Assembly (NCBI GenBank): GCA_030668875.1
Contig: DAOVER010000056.1
Coordinates: 1 to 18,582 of the forward strand
Length of the DNA: 18,582 nt
Direction of reading: 5' to 3'
Source: Candidatus Heimdallarchaeota archaeon
GTDB taxonomy: Archaea; Asgardarchaeota; Heimdallarchaeia; Heimdallarchaeales; Heimdallarchaeaceae
Position 1 is the first letter of the stretch, and each line of letters begins with the position of its first letter. Below are positions 8,073-16,896 of this stretch, one piece after another. The translations under genes and the position numbers were made by a program. The notes below the pieces were generated by a model. The model saw nothing but the letters and a program-made list of their open reading frames with translations, had not been told where the DNA came from and did no database searches.

Positions 8073-8540
8073 TTAGATAAGTAAGAAATCAATTACAGCT
8101 GTTATAATCTGTATTATAAGTATTAGACCAATTATGTAGAGATATTGTCTCCTGTAAGTTGGTAGTTCATTAATTGTTAAATCTGAAATTTCTTGAGGTT
8201 CTGATTTCTTTCTGAAACTAGTTGCAAACACTACTAATATCACTGTAAAACCAAAATAAACAGCAGTCAAGATATACTCTCCTGTTTCGATCTCTCGTCC
8301 TTGGACCCCTCGTAAAATGAATATCCATATATTAAAAACCACTGCAGAAATAAAGAAAGAGAAACCAATTGTTAAAGGATAAACATACATTTTTTTCTGT
8401 TCTTCCCAATATGAAACAACATCATTCTTGCAAGTAGGACATTTTAGTTGCTTTTGAACAGATTCCTTATTTGTAAGTTGCAGAAAAGAAACCTGTTTTT
8501 CACATATTTTACAATACTGTCTTCTTTGTAAAAACTTCAT
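8073..8540 (-). CDS. Hypothetical protein: N-terminal Zn ribbon (CxxC...CxxC) plus about 3 TM helices
   Basis: CKIC-x18-CPTC then three hydrophobic segments; ATGA overlap with the upstream MFS gene. Confidence 0.75.
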   Translation of the reverse strand: MKFLQRRQYCKICEKQVSFLQLTNKESVQKQLKCPTCKNDVVSYWEEQKKMYVYPLTIGFSFFISAVVFNIWIFILRGVQGREIETGEYILTAVYFGFTVILVVFATSFRKKSEPQEISDLTINELPTYRRQYLYIIGLILIIQIITAVIDFLLI

Positions 8541-9931
8541 AGAGGCTGTTCATTATCTGGCAATTTAACCTTTTCGACGTCATTTTCTTCTTTTTCTCCT
8601 TTCTTCTTCTTCTCATTAATTGATAATATTAATGTAGGAATAACTGCTAGAAGTCTGACTGAAGCAATAATTAGAAAAGATATTTTCAGAGCAAAAGCTG
8701 TACCATTGCTGTTTAGAAAAATGTTATACAAAAACCCTCCAACAAATGCTGAATCAGCGATATTTAGAAAACCATTATGCATGAACACTCCAACAAATGC
8801 TGGATCAGTGAGAAAACTTTCATACAAGAACCCTCCTACAAATGCACCAAAGAAGGAAACAATTCCTGTCACCAAATTATACGCACCTGAATAAGCACCT
8901 TTAGTGTCCTCCTTGGACAAATGAAGAATTTCAGAACTAAGGGCAACAGTCAATAATCCATTCCCAAAACCTCCAAACAAATTTGCTATCAAAATAGTCT
9001 CCCAAGTAACAGTGTATGCGAAAACAATGGGGACAAGACAAAACGACATGAAACTAATAACTAATGTAAATCTTCTCCCGATTTTATCGGCAATCATTCC
9101 ACTTATCCATTGTCCTAGTGTAATAAATACTGCAAATACTACAGACATTATTGCTAACTGTGTATTAGTTGGATTTACACTAGCAGTAATAATTGGTGCT
9201 AATGGCCAAAGAAAACTCATCGCGAACCACCAAATTAAGGTTGTGCCTGAGAATATCTTAAATTTCTTATCCCTCATTGGTTCCCAGAATGATGATTTTT
9301 TCACTTTTCCTTTTTTAGAATTTGTTTCAGATATCAACATGGATAGAATTGCAGCTACAGCAAAGAATAATGCACCGATTAGAATCATAACTCGATATTT
9401 TTTCAATAGATCAAAGGGCAAGAAATCTGTTAAAAACCCTAACAGTAATAAAATCATTGATGAGACAAATGAACCGATCATACTAATCTGGCTGATTATT
9501 TTTGTTCTCGTTTTTTCTGTTGAAACATCACCTAAGAGAGCATTCCATGTAGGAATAACCATACTCATGCCTAGTGAATATATTGCAATCACTATCATGT
9601 AAATAATTGGTGATGTCAATTGCGATATCACCACTGTTGTTATGGATGCAATTATGAATCCTATAATCAGAACAACTTTTCTACCAATTTTATCTGATAA
9701 CTTTCCAAAAAACGTTTGTAGTAATGCTGAACCTAGTGTCTGTATTGCAGTAATGAAAGACATCATTAAAGCTGTTGCTCCAATACCAACAGCAAGAACA
9801 GTAGCATAGTTGAAATAAAAGTTCACTCCTCCACTATTTGCAATAGCCAAGGCTCTTATGATGATTTTTTGTTTCAATGTCGCTGGCTTTGAATTTTCAG
9901 GTTCTTCATTAGCTTGTTTCAAGAGCGTCAT
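8537..9931 (-). CDS. Major facilitator superfamily transporter
   Basis: MFS motif A GKLSDKIGRK and its C-half copy GMIADKIGRR; about 12 TM segments. Confidence 0.93.
   Translation of the reverse strand: MTLLKQANEEPENSKPATLKQKIIIRALAIANSGGVNFYFNYATVLAVGIGATALMMSFITAIQTLGSALLQTFFGKLSDKIGRKVVLIIGFIIASITTVVISQLTSPIIYMIVIAIYSLGMSMVIPTWNALLGDVSTEKTRTKIISQISMIGSFVSSMILLLLGFLTDFLPFDLLKKYRVMILIGALFFAVAAILSMLISETNSKKGKVKKSSFWEPMRDKKFKIFSGTTLIWWFAMSFLWPLAPIITASVNPTNTQLAIMSVVFAVFITLGQWISGMIADKIGRRFTLVISFMSFCLVPIVFAYTVTWETILIANLFGGFGNGLLTVALSSEILHLSKEDTKGAYSGAYNLVTGIVSFFGAFVGGFLYESFLTDPAFVGVFMHNGFLNIADSAFVGGFLYNIFLNSNGTAFALKISFLIIASVRLLAVIPTLILSINEKKKKGEKEENDVEKVKLPDNEQPL
8712..8848. repeat. Imperfect tandem triplication (51- and 45-bp periods) inside the MFS coding sequence
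   Basis: CCAACAAATGCTG at 8739 and 8790, CCTACAAATGC at 8835, TTTAGAAAA at 8712 and 8763. The protein reads AFVGGFLYESFL / AFVGVFMHNGFL / AFVGGFLYNIFL. Confidence 0.85.
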
Positions 9932-9992
9932 TGGTCATTCATTGTTTTCGTTTAAAAATATGCTTTATCTGGCTAAAGCTCAACTTTGCTAT

Positions 9993-10040
9993 AAATTAAC
10001 AGTATGTATAAAATCAACAGCATTTAACCAAATTAACAGT
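9993..10040. promoter_or_regulatory. Three direct repeats AAATYAACAG in the divergent MFS / surface-protein promoter region; candidate operator
   Basis: AAATTAACAG 9993-10002, AAATCAACAG 10011-10020, AAATTAACAG 10030-10039. Confidence 0.45.
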
Positions 10041-10113
10041 GCTTACAGAAACTTTAAAAATGTTCTTCCTTCATCGATGATTAAATAAGTCAGCTACTTG
10101 AGGTTATAAATTT

Positions 10114-12750
10114 ATGAAATTTTCAAAAAAATGGCAAAATCTATTCTTAGCTGTAATTGTTATTGGTTTGTTCAGTGTCAACACCCTTCTAAGTGCTGAA
10201 AGCAACTTGAAATTTGACCCACCAGTTGCTGGTCAGTGGGTAATTAGTGATCAACAAACCATTGATAATGAGAACGTTATTATCAACGGTTCAATTTTTA
10301 TTGAATCTACAGGTGAATTATCAATAATTGATTCAACTGTCACCTTTGCTGTTAACGAAACATTTATCCTAGATATAAGCGTTTTTGGTTCTCTAATTGT
10401 AGAGAACAGTACTCTAACAGTTTCAAATACTCTTTACAATTTTACGGTAACAGCAGTACAAGGTTCGGTATCCATCACCGACAGCGTGATTAATTATCTA
10501 ATGTTTTCAAGTGACGAAACAGATATACAGATAGCGAATAGTGAATTTAATTTTTACAAACAATTTGATTTAAGCGATTCCCCATATGTTTCTATTGTCG
10601 GAACCGACTTCCTTTCTGGAGAAGCAATTTTCACTTCTGATGGAGCGGACAATATAGATCTTATCGGAAATACAATAGATGAAAAAGGATTTGAAATATT
10701 TAGCGCAGTTAATGCTACAGTAGAATACAACACTTTCTCCTTGCATACTGATTTTGCATTATATATCGATAATGGACAAAATGTGATCATCTCTCACAAC
10801 ACTTTCACAAATTCATTATCAGGATTAAAAGTTGAAGGAGTAGATGCATTAGTTTTCAATAATACTTTTGATGATTTGGAAACAGCAATAATGCTTTATG
10901 TTGCACATCATAGTATAATTACGGAAAATGTTTTTACTATTGTATCTGACATTTGTATTGACATAGATAATTCAGATTTATTGATTATTGAGAAAAATCA
11001 ATTTAATAATAGTGCTCAAGCTATCTATGGATATAGATCTACAGTAACAATAGATGATAACATCTTCTTTAATCTCGAGTATGGTATCCAATTATTATTT
11101 GCTGATTACTCAATCATAAGTAGTAATAATCTGACTGATATTGCAGAAACTGGATTAAAGCTTTCTAATACACGCAATTCGGAAATTTCAGATAATTCTT
11201 TCATGAATATTACCTCTGCTGCAAGCATTGAAACCTGTAGAGCCGGTCTTATTGAAGGTAATGATTTCTATAAAGTTCAAGAAGGAATAAGTGTTATCTC
11301 TTCAAGAGAAATTGAAATACTAGCTAATATCGTTGAAGATACAATTACTGGTATTTACCTCGAACAAACAAAGGATACTGTTCTGACTGCTAATGGAGCA
11401 ATCAACGCTGTATATGGAATATCATTATGGTCTATGAACAATGTGATTCTATCAAGCAATGGTGTTTTTGACTCTACCTACGGTATAAGTGTATGGTTCT
11501 CTGAAGGTGTTCAATTACTTGGTAACCAAGTCAATACATCCGACATTGGTATTGTAGCAAGAAACACAATCTCTCTTCTAATTAAGAATGGTGATTATAG
11601 TTCTCTTAACTATGGATTACAAATCCTAGCTTGTGAGAACGCAATAATATTCGGAAATACATTTGACCTAATTGTTTTAGATGCGATTTATCTAAAATCT
11701 AGTAATGGTTTCAAAGTTTATTATAATAACTTCTTTACCGTTGGAAATTATGGGACAATTGAAAGTTGTATTGGAAGGTTTGATTACGATTTAACAAATG
11801 TAACTGTTGTAGGTAACTATTATGATGGAATCACCGCTGATGAGGTATTGATTGATACAGTAATTATAGACTTATTATCATTTGATATTATTGATCATGC
11901 TCCATTGGACAGAGCCTATATTGTTAAACCAACGATAGAATTCGTTTCTAGAGATATTGAAGAACCTGATGACACAGTTGATGTTACTGTAAGTACACAA
12001 GTTTTCGTTCCTTCTGGAGTTGACGTTACAGTTTATCTAGATTACTCCCTCAATGAAGATTCTGATTGGACTTCTATTGATGTTACTGCATCAGAAGAAC
12101 CTATCGGTTCGATTGGTGCTATTAATTTATATGAAGGAACTATCCCTGCACAGTTGTATGACTATCTTGTAACATACAGAATTCGAATTGAATATGTTGA
12201 TGGACTTGATACTATTGAAATGCTATCTGAAAATAATACTTATACAGTATTAACCTCTCTCGAGACACCTATTATCATCTGTGAACCAGAAGTCTTTACT
12301 ACAATATTAGATGATAATGACGTTGAAACAAATGTTCCAACACAAACCTTCTTTGATGAATACGAATATTTCATTCAAGTACGAATTCTCAATAGAACTG
12401 ATTTCGAAATTATTGATGGTAGAAGACATGTCAATTTGACTTGGACAATATTCGATTCAACAGATAATTCAAGTGAGAGCTTTACAGCCTTTATGTTCTA
12501 CAATTCATCCACTGATGTCTATTCCTACGAATTCAAAACAATTTTTGATATAGGTATTGAAATAGATTATTTCATACTAGCAGTAGACGTAAATGGAACA
12601 ATTCATAGAACAGTAAGTAACTATACAATAACAATAGAGTCTATCACAGATGCAGGATTTGATGCAATAACTCTGTTGAGTATAGGTGGAACTCTTTTAC
12701 TAATTCAGGCAATTGTTGTCATTAGACGAAGACGAAAACGAGAAGAATAA
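10114..12750 (+). CDS. Large cell-surface glycoprotein with right-handed parallel beta-helix (NosD/CASH, PbH1-like) repeats, C-terminal Ig-like beta domains and a membrane anchor
   Basis: N-terminal signal peptide; repeated roughly 22-aa 'GI.l..s.n..i..N.f' units; many N-x-S/T sequons; ends DAGF + TM helix + RRRRKREE. Confidence 0.9.
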   Translation: MKFSKKWQNLFLAVIVIGLFSVNTLLSAESNLKFDPPVAGQWVISDQQTIDNENVIINGSIFIESTGELSIIDSTVTFAVNETFILDISVFGSLIVENSTLTVSNTLYNFTVTAVQGSVSITDSVINYLMFSSDETDIQIANSEFNFYKQFDLSDSPYVSIVGTDFLSGEAIFTSDGADNIDLIGNTIDEKGFEIFSAVNATVEYNTFSLHTDFALYIDNGQNVIISHNTFTNSLSGLKVEGVDALVFNNTFDDLETAIMLYVAHHSIITENVFTIVSDICIDIDNSDLLIIEKNQFNNSAQAIYGYRSTVTIDDNIFFNLEYGIQLLFADYSIISSNNLTDIAETGLKLSNTRNSEISDNSFMNITSAASIETCRAGLIEGNDFYKVQEGISVISSREIEILANIVEDTITGIYLEQTKDTVLTANGAINAVYGISLWSMNNVILSSNGVFDSTYGISVWFSEGVQLLGNQVNTSDIGIVARNTISLLIKNGDYSSLNYGLQILACENAIIFGNTFDLIVLDAIYLKSSNGFKVYYNNFFTVGNYGTIESCIGRFDYDLTNVTVVGNYYDGITADEVLIDTVIIDLLSFDIIDHAPLDRAYIVKPTIEFVSRDIEEPDDTVDVTVSTQVFVPSGVDVTVYLDYSLNEDSDWTSIDVTASEEPIGSIGAINLYEGTIPAQLYDYLVTYRIRIEYVDGLDTIEMLSENNTYTVLTSLETPIIICEPEVFTTILDDNDVETNVPTQTFFDEYEYFIQVRILNRTDFEIIDGRRHVNLTWTIFDSTDNSSESFTAFMFYNSSTDVYSYEFKTIFDIGIEIDYFILAVDVNGTIHRTVSNYTITIESITDAGFDAITLLSIGGTLLLIQAIVVIRRRRKREE

Positions 12751-12778
12751 CTTTCTTTCTCTATTTTTTCATTTTTTA
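12751..12778 (+). terminator. T-tract terminator
   Basis: CTTTCTTTCTCTATTTTTTCATTTTTTA directly after the stop codon. Confidence 0.55.
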
Positions 12779-12852
12779 CTAATTTCTAGTTTTTCCTGTT
12801 TGCTCAAATGACAACATAAATAAGTAATCGAAAGTTTGTGATTTTGACATTT

Positions 12853-13590
12853 ATGCATGGACTACCTAGAGGAAAACGAAAAGTCTTCAGAAAAGAAAAT
12901 ATTATCCAACAAATTATTCTAGGATTCCTTATTCTAGCAGGTGCTATTTTCGCATTTACTTACGATAATGCCTTTCTTAAGGTAGCTGCAGGGATAATTT
13001 TGGCAATTGTTTCTGTTGTGATTCTTTCCTATTATATGATTGAATTTTTCACAGGTAGAGGTTATGCTATTGCAAGTGCTATCAATGAAGCATTATATTT
13101 GGTCCTAGGTATTCCTATATTGGTTATAGCTGCAGGTTTTTTACCCATTAGTTTCTACGTAGCATTTTTTCCAGAAGATAGCACTGAAATTGTTAAAATA
13201 TTAATTTTCATTACTATGGGGCTTCTCGAGTTTTTTGCAATTGCATATCTCATCAAACGTTATCTTAGAGAGAGAAAAATGAACTTAAGACAATATTTCA
13301 AATATATGTTTGACTTCGATGCTCGAGCTAAAGACCAAAAAAGATTCAAAGAAAGAGCAGACGAAATTGATCACTTCTACAATGATTTAAGTAAAGTAAG
13401 TGACAAACTTGCTAAGCAGAGGGAAGAGCGAGCGATGGGTTTCGCGGAATTTGATTTCAGGGAAAGAACTACTCAATTAGGTCTACGAAAAGTTAAAGAG
13501 ATTAAGTGTTGGAATTGTCAAGCAATTAATGAAAAAGATTCCGTTTTTTGCACTACTTGTAGTGCTCCTCTGAGAAAAGAGCAACAATAA
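12853..13590 (+). CDS. Membrane protein (about 4 TM) with a C-terminal double zinc ribbon
   Basis: Four hydrophobic segments, a charged helical tail and CWNCQAINEKDSVFCTTCSAPL. The ATG at 12853 is preferred over the GTG at 12838. Confidence 0.82.
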   Translation: MHGLPRGKRKVFRKENIIQQIILGFLILAGAIFAFTYDNAFLKVAAGIILAIVSVVILSYYMIEFFTGRGYAIASAINEALYLVLGIPILVIAAGFLPISFYVAFFPEDSTEIVKILIFITMGLLEFFAIAYLIKRYLRERKMNLRQYFKYMFDFDARAKDQKRFKERADEIDHFYNDLSKVSDKLAKQREERAMGFAEFDFRERTTQLGLRKVKEIKCWNCQAINEKDSVFCTTCSAPLRKEQQ

Positions 13591-13652
13591 AACTTATTTG
13601 CCAATACATATTCTTTAAGAATACCCCTTAAACATTTACGAGGCTACTGAAG

Positions 13653-14324
13653 GTGAATTCTAAAGATCTCAATTCAAGCTTGCTCATTATCTTCGATTTT
13701 GATGGTGTTTTGGCTAATTCTAAGGGCGCTTATGCAGCTCAGATGAAGGAAACTATTGAAAGCATATCCAAGAAGACTTTTTCCAAGAAAATGTTCAGTG
13801 AGAGAGTTGGAAATACTGACCAAAAGGATGATTTCAGATTTTTCCTGGAAACTGAAGATAGAAAGGTAATAATGGAAGCTGTAAAGAAGTATGAAGAACT
13901 CACACCCAAATATGCTCACCTTCGATCTCTCTATCCAGGTATAAGAAGAATCATAGAATCTTTACATAATGCTCACTATACTGGAATTGTATCTAGAAAA
14001 CCACAAGATAGAATGGAATATTGGTTGAATTTCTATGATATACAAGACCATTTTGATTACCCGATAGGTACTGTAGAAAATACAAAAAGTCATGCAATTA
14101 GACGAATAATGTCCCATTACGGTTTTTCTAATGATAGGACAATAATGATTGGTGATACGGAATTCGATATTCAGAGTGCAAAAGAAGCTGGTGTGATCTC
14201 GGTTGCTGCTACCTATGGTTCAAGTAATCTAGATGATTTATTAAAACTAAAACCAGATTTTGTTCTTAATGAACCTGATGAGATTGAAGTTATAGTTGAC
14301 AAAGTAATGAAAAATTATTCCTAA
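13653..14324 (+). CDS. HAD-superfamily hydrolase (phosphoglycolate phosphatase-like)
   Basis: Motif I FDFDGVL, motif II VSR, motif III Lys (TKSHAI), motif IV IGDTEFD. Confidence 0.92.
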   Translation: MNSKDLNSSLLIIFDFDGVLANSKGAYAAQMKETIESISKKTFSKKMFSERVGNTDQKDDFRFFLETEDRKVIMEAVKKYEELTPKYAHLRSLYPGIRRIIESLHNAHYTGIVSRKPQDRMEYWLNFYDIQDHFDYPIGTVENTKSHAIRRIMSHYGFSNDRTIMIGDTEFDIQSAKEAGVISVAATYGSSNLDDLLKLKPDFVLNEPDEIEVIVDKVMKNYS

Positions 14325-14368
14325 AACGATTGCATATATTTTAAATATATTGAGAGTTTAACACAGCT

Positions 14369-15169
14369 ATGAAAATTGGTTTTCTTCAGTTCAAACCCCT
14401 TTTTGGTCAAGTTGAGGACAATCTAGATAAATTATCTTCAATGATTGAAAAAGCTCCATATTTTGACTTACTGGTTTTACCCGAGCTAGCAAATTCTGGA
14501 TATGTTTTTTCAAATAAGGATGAGTTAGGGAAAGCAAGTGAAACAATACCTAGTGGTTTATTCGTAGAAAAATTATCCGAGATTACAAATTCGAGAAATT
14601 CAGCTATTGTTTGTGGAATCTGTGAAAGAAAAGGAGTGAATTATTACAATTCTTCTGTTCTTATTGGTCCAAAGGGGTTTATTGGAAAATATCAAAAAAT
14701 ACACCTGTTCGATAGAGAAAAATTGTTCTTTCAACCTGGAAATGGACCTTTAAAATCCTTTGAAGTTAATGGAATGAAAATAGGTATGCTAGTTTGCTTT
14801 GATTGGATATTTCCAGAAGCGACTAGGGTGTTAGCTTTAGAAGGCATAGACATTTTAGCTCATTCTGCAAATTTAGTATTACCTTATAGTCAAACAGCTA
14901 TGTTAGCACGATCAATAGAAAATAGTATCTTTACAGTAACTTCTAATCGAATAGGTACTGAAGAAAATGGTGGAATTGAGTTGACATTTACTGGACAGAG
15001 TCAAATCACATCTCCTAAGATGGAATTGTTAGCTAGTGCTGGAGTGGACACTGAAGAAATCAAAATTGTTGAAATTGACATAGAACTCGCTCGCAATAAA
15101 TGGCTCAATGAAAGAAATAATGTCTTATTAGATAGAAGGAGTGCAATGTATACAAAACTTGCAGAGTAA
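14369..15169 (+). CDS. Nitrilase-superfamily carbon-nitrogen hydrolase
   Basis: Catalytic Glu-Lys-Cys triad in LVLPEL, YQKIHLF and VCFDWIFPE. Confidence 0.93.
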   Translation: MKIGFLQFKPLFGQVEDNLDKLSSMIEKAPYFDLLVLPELANSGYVFSNKDELGKASETIPSGLFVEKLSEITNSRNSAIVCGICERKGVNYYNSSVLIGPKGFIGKYQKIHLFDREKLFFQPGNGPLKSFEVNGMKIGMLVCFDWIFPEATRVLALEGIDILAHSANLVLPYSQTAMLARSIENSIFTVTSNRIGTEENGGIELTFTGQSQITSPKMELLASAGVDTEEIKIVEIDIELARNKWLNERNNVLLDRRSAMYTKLAE

Positions 15170-15236
15170 TACAAATTTAACTAGATGATTTGTTAAAAAA
15201 GAGTTTTAAATTGAGTGTTTTAAGGAATTATAACAA

Positions 15237-16136
15237 ATGAATTCTAATCAACCAAAAAGAAAGAATGGTTATGTTCCTCACAAAGCTGCAGCTGAATTCA
15301 AACCAACATATGACTGGTCAAATGCTGAAGCTGAGAAGATGTTTTTAGAACGAGAATTTTCTTTTGAAGTTGATAAGGTATTTTTTGATGATTGTGTTCA
15401 AGAATTAAGAAAATTACCCCCTGAAAGTATTGATATGATTGTAGCTGATCCCCCTTTTGGACTTAATTTTGGGGAAATGGAAGTTCTTTACAATCGTAAT
15501 AGCGATTTAGTTGCAAAAGGATATCAAGATGTTGAAATAAATGACTATTCTTCCTTTTGTAAAAACTGGATTAAGGAACTCCCCCGAGTTCTAAAGGAAG
15601 ATGCCGGTGTATGGATATTTAGTGGTTGGACTAATTTAGTTAATATTCTTAATGCTCTTAAAGAAAGTAATCTAAAACTAATAAATGACATTGTTTGGAA
15701 ATACCAATTTGGTGTTTTCACTAAAAGGAAGTTTGTTACTAGTCATTATCACATTCTTTTTGCAGTAAAAGATGAGAAGAAATACTTCTTTAACAAAGTA
15801 GAACACTATCCTTTAGATGTATGGGAAATAAACAGAGGTTATCAAAGAGGTAAAAAGAAAAATGCAACTAAACTTCCGATGCAAGTTGTTCAGCGTTGTA
15901 TAGACTTTGGTAGTGAGCCCGGTGATTTAATACTTGATCCTTTCATGGGAAATGGAACAACAGCTGTAGCATCTCTTGGTTCTTATCGTCACTTCTTGGG
16001 ATATGAAATTAACCATTCATTAAATGAAATTATTGCTCAAAACATCTTAGACATAACACTTGGCCAAGATTATAAGCAATACAGTAAACGACCAGATGAA
16101 TTAGTAGAAAAAGCAAGAAAAAAATTTAAAAAATAA
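15237..16136 (+). CDS. Site-specific DNA methyltransferase, N6-A/N4-C, beta class; no adjacent restriction enzyme
   Basis: Catalytic motif IV DPPF precedes SAM-binding motif I LDPFMGNGTT; DIVW and SHYHILF conserved blocks. Confidence 0.9.
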   Translation: MNSNQPKRKNGYVPHKAAAEFKPTYDWSNAEAEKMFLEREFSFEVDKVFFDDCVQELRKLPPESIDMIVADPPFGLNFGEMEVLYNRNSDLVAKGYQDVEINDYSSFCKNWIKELPRVLKEDAGVWIFSGWTNLVNILNALKESNLKLINDIVWKYQFGVFTKRKFVTSHYHILFAVKDEKKYFFNKVEHYPLDVWEINRGYQRGKKKNATKLPMQVVQRCIDFGSEPGDLILDPFMGNGTTAVASLGSYRHFLGYEINHSLNEIIAQNILDITLGQDYKQYSKRPDELVEKARKKFKK

Positions 16137-16147
16137 CTGTTAAAAAT

Positions 16148-16735
16148 TCATTTGTCTTTAGTTCTAATTAAGATACTCATCTCAAAAATGAAGAACACAT
16201 ATGTAGCTAAACCAATGCATCCAGCTCCAATAATCAGCTGGTATGGAATAAAAAACCATCCTAAAAATGAGAGAGCTAAAAATAATGATTCTATTATGAT
16301 TATTACTTTACTATTCCAGTATTTTTTCAGAAAGAAGAGTTTACTTTTTTCTTCTAGATTTTGCTCTTTCAGGATACCTAAATAGATTTTTCGAAACTTT
16401 TGCAAAGGTAAAAGAGGAAGCCCCCAATCGAGTAAATCAAACAAAAGGTGCCAGATTCCTCCTAGACAGAAAGCAAGAAAATAATCAAAGAACTCTACAG
16501 TGGAATACCGGAGAATTAAGAAAATAATTGACAAGAAGGTCCAAAACAATAAGGAGTGGAAAATGTAAAAACGATGGTTTTTTTCTTTGAGAAATGATGA
16601 AAAGAAAGTATCCAGATCAATTAGTACACTACTTACTAAGAAAATGATACCTAGTACCCATGGAAATTCAGGAATACTAAGGTAAATTATTCCCAAGAGA
16701 AACATAGAACTATGGAAATGGGTTGTTGGACGCAT
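16148..16735 (-). CDS. Membrane-bound metal-dependent hydrolase (YdjM-like)
   Basis: MRPTTH...IDLD...HRFYIFHSL...WHLLFD...GLPLL His/Asp pattern with intervening TM helices. Confidence 0.8.
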   Translation of the reverse strand: MRPTTHFHSSMFLLGIIYLSIPEFPWVLGIIFLVSSVLIDLDTFFSSFLKEKNHRFYIFHSLLFWTFLSIIFLILRYSTVEFFDYFLAFCLGGIWHLLFDLLDWGLPLLPLQKFRKIYLGILKEQNLEEKSKLFFLKKYWNSKVIIIIESLFLALSFLGWFFIPYQLIIGAGCIGLATYVFFIFEMSILIRTKDK

Positions 16736-16896
16736 CTTAGTTTCAATATAATTTGATAAAGATAATTCTTTCGTTATTATTCGAAAATTAATTTAGAAAG
16801 GTTTAAGAAATCCTTCAGTCCCACTTTTAATTAACTGTCCCTATAATATTTCACATATCTATGAATAGATTTGTTTGAATAAATAGAGTTGTAAGG

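Noticed and set aside
8712-8848. CRISPR-like repeat array
   Set aside because: The units are degenerate, contiguous, multiples of 3 and lie inside the MFS reading frame, with no unique spacers and no cas genes
16148-16735. Gene convergent with the methyltransferase as a cognate restriction nuclease
   Set aside because: It is hydrophobic with a YdjM-type His/Asp pattern and has no PD-(D/E)xK, HNH or GIY-YIG motif
16857-16870. ATCTAT-GA-ATAGAT inverted repeat in the divergent promoter region
   Set aside because: A single 6-bp-arm palindrome in AT-rich DNA is expected by chance
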